This document shows, in pieces, positions 1 to 7,159 of a stretch of DNA of 64,000 nt. Each line of letters starts with the position of its first letter. The stretch's first letter is position 1. The DNA lies in assembly GCA_030693425.1 (NCBI GenBank), contig JAUYAM010000004.1, forward strand, positions 23,163 through 87,162, given 5' to 3'. Position numbers and translations under genes: made by a program. The notes beneath the pieces are model-generated. The model was not told the DNA's origin. It saw only the letters and a program-made list of their open reading frames with translations, and ran no database searches. Source of the DNA: a bacterium. Its GTDB lineage: Bacteria; Patescibacteriota; Minisyncoccia; Minisyncoccales; GWA2-46-15.

Positions 1-242
1 CAGTTTGGTTCATGGATGACGGCTCCAAAAGCAGAAGCTCTGTGTATCTAAACACACAGCAATTTTCTCTTAAAGACCAGATAAAATTACAGAATATATT
101 GCTTAATCAATTCAATATTCATTCTCGTCTTAATAAAGACAAAAAGTATTTCAGAATCAGGATAATTAGTAGCGACGCAAAAAGATTCTGTGATCTGGTG
201 AAACAGTTTATTCCAAAATCAATGGAATACAAACTGGTGTAA
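1..242 (+). CDS. LAGLIDADG homing endonuclease, C-terminal part (start lies upstream of window)
   Basis: The frame is open from the window edge (..[10 protein letters not shown]..). It has a LAGLIDADG-family WxMDDG block and sits inside a group I intron of 23S rRNA. Confidence 0.7.
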   Translation, partial: VWFMDDGSKSRSSVYLNTQQFSLKDQIKLQNILLNQFNIHSRLNKDKKYFRIRIISSDAKRFCDLVKQFIPKSMEYKLV

Positions 243-384
243 TGACCCCGTAGAGACTTGACCAATTGTGGTCGGAGTTTTCTGAAAAATCAGGAAGCTA
301 ACACGCCAACCCCTAATCCGCCACTTGGCGGACGGGTGAAGATATAGTCCGATCCTTCCGGCAACGGAAGACAAATAACGACAG
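1..384 (+). mobile_element. Group I intron 1 (3' part; 5' end outside window), inserted after the equivalent of E. coli U2500
   Basis: Contains the end of a LAGLIDADG ORF, then the group I core GAAGATATAGTCC (GATATAGTCC at 341-350) and a P9-like hairpin. It ends in G384 immediately before exon CGATGTCGG. Confidence 0.75.
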
Positions 385-477
385 CGATGTCGGCTCATCA
401 TATCCTGGGGGTGAAGCAGCTCCCAAGGGTTGGACTGTTCGTCCATTAAAATGGTACGTGAGCTGGGTTCAAACCGT

Positions 478-760
478 ACTACTAGACAATAGTAGGGCGG
501 CTCTGTCAAGTAATTGACAGATGTCCAAAACCGACTTATATCGGTGGAGTCCATAAAAAAAAATTATAACCTGTATTTTTATGGATAATACCGAGGGAAG
601 CGAGCGCATAAGAATTATGCGCTTCGCCCTGTAGAGACTTAGCCAGAAATGGCTGGATGGAAGCTTTAGAGTTTCCATAATACGTCGGTCTCCCTAATCC
701 GCCGGTTGGCGGACGGGATGGTGATATAGTCCATACATCTGGTAACAGATGAATAATATG
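478..760 (+). mobile_element. Group I intron 2, ORF-less, inserted after the equivalent of E. coli U2593
   Basis: It follows exon U477 and ends in G760. The core GTGATATAGTCC is present (GATATAGTCC at 723-732). The flanking exons rejoin to give ..AAACCGT|CGCGAGACAGG... Confidence 0.75.
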
Positions 761-822
761 CGCGAGACAGGTTGGTCCCTATCTACCGCAGGCGTCGAGC
801 CTTGAGGGGAGTCTTCGACAGT

Positions 823-1632
823 AAAAAGATTGCTGCTTCAAGGAGTAATCCTTGATGACAATCTGGCTAATAACGGTGGAGCCTTCATTTAAATTATGAA
901 GAGTTTCTCAAGCATCTAGAAATAGATGAAGATAATTTTTGCCCTAGGTCCGGCAAAATGGTATAATTACTTGAGGACCGCATAATTTTAAGTAAGGGAA
1001 TACCGTGGGAAGACAAACTAAAGTTTTAGAAGTTGATTTGGCTTACATTGCTGGTTTTCTTGATGGCGATGGAAGCATTATGGTTCAGCTGAAAAACAGG
1101 CGGAAAAATCCGCGCGGCTGGCGTTTAATGTTCACTATCTGTTTTTATCAGGATAGTCGCCATGAGAAACCCTTGTTTTGGATTAGAAATAGGCTTGGAA
1201 TTGGTTATATTTCAAGAAGGAATGATGGTATAACAGAGTTAAGAATCAACGGTTATCAAAGAACTAAAGGAATTTTAGAAAGCCTTCAACCTTTTTTAAG
1301 GTTTAAAAAGGCGCAGACTAAAATTCTTTTGAAGATCTTAAGACTAATTAATGATAAGAACTTTGTTGAATTGAGCAAAAAGAAAAGATTGAAAATCGCC
1401 GATATGATTTATGAGTCAAGAAAATTAACTTATCAGTCTGGATGGAAAAAGTTTTCTAAATCAAAATCAGAATTAAGAAAAATCCTAGGATTCTAATAGT
1501 TTGTCCCCGTAACGACTTTTCTTGGTTTTAACCAGGAAGGATGGCGGAATTTGAAACCGTCATAATACGCCGGCTCCCGCTTACAGCGGGATGAAGATAT
1601 AGTCTAAGCTCATAGAAATATGAGACAACTTG
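823..1632 (+). mobile_element. Group I intron 3 with LAGLIDADG gene, inserted inside the sarcin-ricin loop sequence (AGU|ACGAGAGGACC)
   Basis: It follows exon U822 and ends in G1632. The core GAAGATATAGTC is present (GATATAGTC at 1596-1604). The flanking exons rejoin to give CGACAGT|ACGAGAGGACCTCGAAG. Confidence 0.75.
1005..1496 (+). CDS. LAGLIDADG homing endonuclease (intron-encoded)
   Basis: 163 aa with a GTG start. The motif LAYIAGFLDGDGSI is present, and the gene lies within intron 3. Confidence 0.85.
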   Translation: MGRQTKVLEVDLAYIAGFLDGDGSIMVQLKNRRKNPRGWRLMFTICFYQDSRHEKPLFWIRNRLGIGYISRRNDGITELRINGYQRTKGILESLQPFLRFKKAQTKILLKILRLINDKNFVELSKKKRLKIADMIYESRKLTYQSGWKKFSKSKSELRKILGF

Positions 1633-1889
1633 ACGAGAGGACCTCGAAGAACTGACCTCTGGTGTACCAGCTGTTCTGCCAAGAGCATCGCTGGGTAGCT
1701 ATGTCGGGCACGGATAAGTGCTGAAAGCATCTAAGCACGAAGCCAACCCCAAGATTAAGGCTCATTTAGATTTCCCGCAGATCACGGGATTGATAGGCTG
1801 CAGGTGTAAGGCCAGTAATGGCTTCAGCCGAGCAGTACTAATAAATCGAAACCATATTTATTTTCTTACCCTCCTTAATTTCGTAACTT

Positions 1890-2017
1890 ACAGCTAGAGC
1901 AAGGGAGCTTTGCTGGGAGTGCTCCACCTGATCCCATTTCGAACTCAGAAGTGAAATCTCCCAAGGCCGATGATAGTCCTTCGGGGCGAAAGTAGGTAGC
2001 TCTCTTACTCTGGCTGT
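1890..2017 (+). rRNA. rrf: 5S rRNA (including an extended terminal stem; mature ends may be about 1899..2009)
   Basis: Conserved CCACCTGATCCCATTTCGAACTCAGAAGTGAAA and AGTAGG blocks are present. The terminal helix pairs ACAGCTAGAG with CTCTGGCTGT. Confidence 0.9.
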
Positions 2018-2033
2018 AACTAAAAACCAATAA

Positions 2034-2054
2034 ACACGCCCAAGGGCGTGTTTT
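2034..2054 (+). terminator. Rho-independent terminator of the rrn operon
   Basis: Hairpin ACACGCC-CAAG-GGCGTGT followed by a T-run. Confidence 0.7.
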
Positions 2055-2122
2055 GAGGTTTTTCCGTCGGTATTAAAGAGGTCTAAATTGACGAAAAGCC
2101 AAAATCGTTTTATACTCAAACA

Positions 2123-3574
2123 ATGACCAAAAGAAAGTCTTTTTTAGTTTTAGCTGTAATATTTTTACTGGCTTTGATTGCAGGAGCCTTAACCTATCCC
2201 AAGCCTTTAAATTCGGGAGTTGATTTTTTAAACGCTAAAATCAAGGAGGTTCTCCCGGAAAAATTCAGATTTACGCTTCCTTTGATCAAAGAGATTCCTT
2301 TTAGGTTGGGACTCGACCTGCAGGGCGGTACCCATCTCCTTTACCAAGCCGATTTGGGCGGCATCGCCGCCGAAGACCGCAAAAACGCTCTCAACGGTCT
2401 TCGTGACGTCATCGAAAGGCGGGTGAATCTTTTTGGGGTTAGCGAGCCCGTTGTTCAGATTGAAGAGCAAAGCCAGAGATTGATTGTTGAATTAGCCGGA
2501 ATAAAAGATGTTAAGGAGGCAATCAATATGATTGGCCAGACCCCTTTTCTTGAGTTTCGGGAGCAGAGGCCGCAGGAAGAGGTAGACAGAATTATTGAAA
2601 AGCAAAAAGAGCTTGAGGGAAAGTCATTCGAAGAGGCTCAGAAAATCCCTGATTGGCAAGTTGCTTTTGAAGAGCTTTTTATTCCAACTCAGCTAACCGG
2701 CCGTTACCTTAAAAAGGCCGAGCTTAATTTTGACCAGACGACCAATAAACCCATAATCAACCTTCAGTTTGATGACGAGGGAGCGAAAATCTTTGAGGAG
2801 ATTACTGCCAGGAACATTGGGAAGCGCTTGGCTATTTATCTCGATGGTTTGTCAATTATAGATAGTGACGGCGACAACAAAATTACCCAGAATGACCTAT
2901 ATGCTCCCGTTGTCCAAGATAAAATCACTGGCGGTAAGGCAGTGATAACGGGCGATACCGATATTAACAAGGCCAAGGAAATAGTCAAAAGATTGACATC
3001 GGGCGCTTTGCCAGTGCCAATCAACCTGGTTTCTCAAGAGACGATTGGTCCGAGCCTAGGACAAGATTCTTTAAATAAATCATTGAAGGCAGGCATAATC
3101 GGATTTATTCTGGTGATTATATTTATGGTTATTTTTTACCGTTTGCCCGGCGCTTTGGCATCATTGGCCTTGATAATTTATATTGCCTTGAACCTTTCTT
3201 TATTTAAATTAATACCCGTTACCCTGACTTTGGCTGGCATTGCCGGTTTTATCCTTTCTATTGGCATGGCAGTTGACGCTAATATTTTAATCTTTTCCAG
3301 AATAAGGGAAGAGTTGAAACAGGGGAAAGGTTTTCTGATTTCACTCGAAGATGGTTTTAGACGAGCCTGGCCGTCAGTCCGCGATGGAAACTTCACCATT
3401 ATCTTAGTGGCTTTAATTTTATTTGGCTTGGGAACCAGTTTTATTAAAGGATTCGCCTTGACCTTGATTATCGGTAATTTAATTGGCATGTTTTCGGCAA
3501 TTTTCATCACCAACAATCTCTTGAGATGTTTTGCCGGCACAAAATTCGAAAAATTAAGTTGGTTATGGAGATAG
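2123..3574 (+). CDS. secD: Protein translocase subunit SecD
   Basis: 483 aa with an N-terminal TM helix. Motifs LGLDLQGGTHL and GIAGFILSIGMAVDANILIFSRIREE are present in the C-terminal multi-TM domain. Confidence 0.9.
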   Translation: MTKRKSFLVLAVIFLLALIAGALTYPKPLNSGVDFLNAKIKEVLPEKFRFTLPLIKEIPFRLGLDLQGGTHLLYQADLGGIAAEDRKNALNGLRDVIERRVNLFGVSEPVVQIEEQSQRLIVELAGIKDVKEAINMIGQTPFLEFREQRPQEEVDRIIEKQKELEGKSFEEAQKIPDWQVAFEELFIPTQLTGRYLKKAELNFDQTTNKPIINLQFDDEGAKIFEEITARNIGKRLAIYLDGLSIIDSDGDNKITQNDLYAPVVQDKITGGKAVITGDTDINKAKEIVKRLTSGALPVPINLVSQETIGPSLGQDSLNKSLKAGIIGFILVIIFMVIFYRLPGALASLALIIYIALNLSLFKLIPVTLTLAGIAGFILSIGMAVDANILIFSRIREELKQGKGFLISLEDGFRRAWPSVRDGNFTIILVALILFGLGTSFIKGFALTLIIGNLIGMFSAIFITNNLLRCFAGTKFEKLSWLWR

Positions 3575-3762
3575 CGCTCGGCAATGAAGTTTCAAGACAC
3601 CGGCTGTTCTTTTCCCAGCGAGAAAAGCCAGCCTACGCTCTCGGCGGCTTGTCCCGTTTAACGGGAACCATGCCAAGCCGCCTCCGAGAGTTGTCTTTAA
3701 AACTTATTGCCTCGCTTAAAACTTATTCGTATATTCGTAAAAATTCGTAATTTCGTAGGCTT

Positions 3763-4659
3763 ATGAATATCCCATTTCTGAAATACACAAAAGTTTATTA
3801 TATTTTTTCTGGAGTTTTGATTCTGGCAAGCTTAATTTCTCTTTTGATCTTTGGCCTGAAATTTAGTATTGATTTTTTGGGCGGAAGCATTTTGGAGGTT
3901 AATTTTGAAAATAGACCGGAAAATTCGGCGATTCAAGAAAAATTAAAAGACATTAACAATTTAGGAGAGATGGTCATTCAACCTACCGGAGCCAAGGGGG
4001 TAATTATGAGAATGAAAGAAGTTGATGAAAATATTCATCAACAGATTATTTCGAGGCTGCAGGAAATCTCAAAAATAGAGGAAAAACGTTTTGAAAGCAT
4101 CGGGCCGGTTATCGGCAAAGAATTACGGCAGAAAACAATAATCTTAATAATTGTTTCTCTGGCAGCCCTGCTCATTTATATTGCCGTTGCTTTTAGAAAA
4201 ATCTCCCGGCCCTTATCCAGCTGGCAATATGGAATAATCTCAATAATTACTCTTTTCTTTGATGTTTTGATACCGATTGGCGTTTTCGCCTCTCTGGGAA
4301 AATTTTATAATGTTCAATTCAGCATCCCAATTGTTATCGCCTTGCTGACCCTTTTGGGTTATACAATTAACGATAAAGTAGTCGTTTTTGACAGGGTTAG
4401 GGAGAATCTTTTAAGAACTAAAGGAGGAGATTTTAATGCCTGCGTTAATCAGAGTTTGAACCAGGTTTTAGTTCGATCAATTAGCACGGGTTCTTGCACT
4501 CTTTTGGTTCTCTTGGCGATATTCTTTTTTGGCGGAGAAACTTTAAAGTATTTTTCTCTAACCTTAATTATTGGAATTATAGTCGGCACCTGCTCGTCTT
4601 TGTTTTTAGCCAGCCCTTTATTGGTAAGCTGGCAGGAGATGGGGAAACGTTATCATTGA
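3763..4659 (+). CDS. secF: Protein translocase subunit SecF
   Basis: 298 aa. It has the IDFLGGS motif and a C-terminal SecD/F-type TM bundle (LLGYTINDKVVVFDRVREN). Confidence 0.9.
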   Translation: MNIPFLKYTKVYYIFSGVLILASLISLLIFGLKFSIDFLGGSILEVNFENRPENSAIQEKLKDINNLGEMVIQPTGAKGVIMRMKEVDENIHQQIISRLQEISKIEEKRFESIGPVIGKELRQKTIILIIVSLAALLIYIAVAFRKISRPLSSWQYGIISIITLFFDVLIPIGVFASLGKFYNVQFSIPIVIALLTLLGYTINDKVVVFDRVRENLLRTKGGDFNACVNQSLNQVLVRSISTGSCTLLVLLAIFFFGGETLKYFSLTLIIGIIVGTCSSLFLASPLLVSWQEMGKRYH

Positions 4660-4691
4660 CAGAGCCCTTTTATAATGGTATAAATAGCAAT

Positions 4692-5771
4692 ATGTCCGCA
4701 ATCTTAAATTATCAAAAGGTTTTCCAGGCTCTTTTCCAGGGGTTGAGCCCGAGGCAAAAGGATATTATTATTCGGAGATTTGGGCTTGAGAGCGGAAACG
4801 GGGAGACTCTTGAGGCTATCGGCAAGGACTTGGGGTTAACCAGGGAAAGGGTTCGCCAGATTATCGAAACCACCTTGGTTAAAGCGAGAAAAGAGAGTTT
4901 TGCTTCTGAAATCAACAGGGCTCTTTTGGCGTTCAAGAGCTATTTGCAAAAAAACGGGGGATTGAAGAAAGAAAAGATTCTTCTGTCCGAACCAATTTTT
5001 AATCACCAGCAAAACTCTTCTAACTGGATCAATTTTTTGCTGGTTCTTGAAGGCAGTTTCTGCCGCGTTGGCGAGACAAAAGAACTCCATTCTTTCTGGG
5101 CGCTTGATTCCAAAATCTCGTCTGCAGCCGAAAAACTTATCAAGGCTCTCAATAAGGAACTGACAAGGTTCAAAAAACCCTTAGGGGTAAAAGAGCTGTT
5201 TTTAATGTCTAGAGCGGCCGGAAATTCCAATCAGCGGTTTTTAAAATCGGTCCTTGAAACCTCTAAAGAAATTTTGGAGACTAACGACGGCAAATACGGT
5301 TTAAAATCATGGCCAGAAGTTAATCCCAGGGGGGTTAGAGATTTGGCTTTCCTGGTTTTCAAGAAAGCGAAAAAGCCCCTGCATTTTACCGAGGTTGCCA
5401 GCCTGATCGATGAGTTTTCCTTCAAGAAAGAAGGACATAAAGAGGAATTTTCAATTATCGGAGCTTCTGCCCAAGCCCAGAAAAAGACTAATTTCCAGAC
5501 CGTCCACAACCAGCTGATCAAAGACCCCCAGTTTATCCTGATCGGAAGGGGCATCTATGCTTTGAGAGAATGGGGTTATGCCCCGGGAACGGTTAAAGAA
5601 ATAATCTCTAAAGTTTTAAAGGAATCAAAGCAGCCTCTATCGGAAAGGGAGATATTGAAAGAAGTCCTTTCCCAGCGTTTGGTTAAGGAAAGCACGGTCG
5701 TTTTGAATTTAGGGAATAAAAAGTGTTTTTTGAAATCAGAAGACGGCAGATATTCACCGCGCGAAGCTTAA
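4692..5771 (+). CDS. DNA-binding protein with sigma-70 region 4-like HTH and C-terminal HARE-HTH-like domain
   Basis: An internal ATG at 4692 is chosen because the track ORF (4494) overlaps secF. The sequence LSPRQKDIIIRRFGL..TLEAIGKDLGLTRERVRQI resembles sigma region 4. Confidence 0.5.
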   Translation: MSAILNYQKVFQALFQGLSPRQKDIIIRRFGLESGNGETLEAIGKDLGLTRERVRQIIETTLVKARKESFASEINRALLAFKSYLQKNGGLKKEKILLSEPIFNHQQNSSNWINFLLVLEGSFCRVGETKELHSFWALDSKISSAAEKLIKALNKELTRFKKPLGVKELFLMSRAAGNSNQRFLKSVLETSKEILETNDGKYGLKSWPEVNPRGVRDLAFLVFKKAKKPLHFTEVASLIDEFSFKKEGHKEEFSIIGASAQAQKKTNFQTVHNQLIKDPQFILIGRGIYALREWGYAPGTVKEIISKVLKESKQPLSEREILKEVLSQRLVKESTVVLNLGNKKCFLKSEDGRYSPREA

Positions 5772-5813
5772 AACTTCCCGAGAATCCAAGTAATTCATCA
5801 TTAGCCTAGCTAG

Positions 5814-7154
5814 ATGGTTTCTGAACTTTCACTAGCCTCGATCTTATCTTTAATTAAGTCTCAATTCTGGCCTACTCTTATTGACTGGTGGTGGCTCTTT
5901 TTGATTGTTGAATGCCTTTGGATGCTTGAAGTGGCTAAATTCTTGTGGTACCACTGGCGCAAGGATATTTATGAGGAAAAGGAAAACAAAAGAATTCTTC
6001 TGGAGATAAGGATCCCGGAAGAGGTTTTGGAGCCGGTCAAAGCCATGGAAACCGTCATTACCGGCTTTTGGCAAATGTACAAGTTTCCAAACTGGTATGA
6101 AAAGTGGTGGAACGGCGAAGACCCGACCGGTTTTACTTTGGAAATCGCCGCCATTGACGGCACTCCTCACTTTTACGTCAGGACTCTAAAGAGAGTCAGG
6201 CTCATTTTTGAAGCCCACATTTATTCTCAGTATCCCCAGGCTGAGATTTTTGAAGTTGAAGATTATACCAAAAACGTGCCTCAAGATATCCCCAACGCCG
6301 AATGGGATATGTGGGGCACAGAGTATAAAAATTTGAAGCACTGGGCTTATCCCATAAGAACATATATAGAATTTGAAACTGGCAGAGAGGAAGAGGAAAA
6401 AAGGATAGACCCAATTGCCTCTCTTTTAGAGGCCATGGCTCTCTTAAAGCCCGGAGAACAAATATGGGTTCAGATTCGCTGTCTGCCGGCTTTAGATGAA
6501 TATGTTGCTTGGCACGATTCAGCCAAAAAGCTGCGCGACAAACTTGCCTGGAGAAAGGTTGATTCGGGCAAATCAAAACCGATGCTTTTAGAGGCGGCAG
6601 AGATTTTGCTGACCGGCAAGGTTCCCGAGTCCCCCAAAGAAGAGAAAGAATCATTTATTCCGATGGAGATGAAAGTGACTCCCGGGGAAAAAGAGATCAT
6701 CGGCGCGATTGAAAGGAAAATCGGCAAACTCGGGTTTCTTTGCAATATGAGATACATTTATCTGGCAAAAAGAGACGTCATGTTCAGACCCAACAATCGT
6801 TTGGCGATGAGCTACTTTACGAACTTTGTCACCGAGAATATGAATGGTCTTGTCCCGGATTCAAAAACGGTTACCAAGGTGACCCAGCATTGGTACGACT
6901 GGTTCTGGCTAAAAAAGCAAAGAGTCTATTTGAGGAAGCGGAGGCTTTTCCGCAGCTATGTCCACCGGATCTGGGTCGGTTGGCCCCACCCGACCATCAG
7001 AGATCCCGATCAAGTAGGGAGAAGATTCATTTTGACGGCAGAGGAAATAGCTTCTATGTATCATTTCCCGGGAAGGATTGTTGCCCAGGCTCCGACGATG
7101 GCGAGAGTTGAGGCCAAAAAGGGAGAGCCGCCCTCAGGATTGCCGGTAGAATAA
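5814..7154 (+). CDS. Membrane protein of unknown function (two N-terminal TM helices, W-rich), partner of the downstream VirD4/TraG-like ATPase
   Basis: 446 aa with a hydrophobic N-terminus. It lies 5 nt upstream of the ATPase gene. I recognise no family. Confidence 0.4.
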   Translation: MVSELSLASILSLIKSQFWPTLIDWWWLFLIVECLWMLEVAKFLWYHWRKDIYEEKENKRILLEIRIPEEVLEPVKAMETVITGFWQMYKFPNWYEKWWNGEDPTGFTLEIAAIDGTPHFYVRTLKRVRLIFEAHIYSQYPQAEIFEVEDYTKNVPQDIPNAEWDMWGTEYKNLKHWAYPIRTYIEFETGREEEEKRIDPIASLLEAMALLKPGEQIWVQIRCLPALDEYVAWHDSAKKLRDKLAWRKVDSGKSKPMLLEAAEILLTGKVPESPKEEKESFIPMEMKVTPGEKEIIGAIERKIGKLGFLCNMRYIYLAKRDVMFRPNNRLAMSYFTNFVTENMNGLVPDSKTVTKVTQHWYDWFWLKKQRVYLRKRRLFRSYVHRIWVGWPHPTIRDPDQVGRRFILTAEEIASMYHFPGRIVAQAPTMARVEAKKGEPPSGLPVE

Positions 7155-7159
7155 CCTAC

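Larger units (their letters stand above)
1..1855 (+). rRNA. rrl: 23S rRNA, 3' portion (domains V-VI), interrupted by three group I introns; visible exons 385..477, 761..822, 1633..about 1855
   Basis: Exons match universally conserved 23S strings. These include CGATGTCGGCTCATC...GGGTTCAAACCGT, which is 93 nt, the same length as E. coli 2501-2593. They also include CGCGAGACAGGTTGGTCCCTATC, ACGAGAGGACC and GCTGAAAGCATCTAAGCACGAAGCC. The 3' end is approximate (+/-15 nt). Confidence 0.9.

Noticed and set aside
219-678. Track ORFs 219..554(-) and 469..678(-), and likewise 1838..2119(-).
   Set aside because: They lie entirely inside 23S rRNA exons, group I intron RNA and 5S rRNA. Their peptides are translations of structured RNA on the antisense strand.
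3565-3750. 61-aa ORF (MEIALGNEVSRHRLFFSQREKP...) filling the secD-secF spacer.
   Set aside because: There is no RBS. Its start overlaps the secD stop region. The sequence is dominated by two GC-rich hairpins and a heptamer tract, so it is more likely non-coding.
4494-4691. N-terminal 66 codons of the 425-aa track ORF, overlapping the secF 3' end.
   Set aside because: They are out of frame with, and overlap, the well-supported secF gene. The conserved HTH protein sequence begins at ATG 4692.
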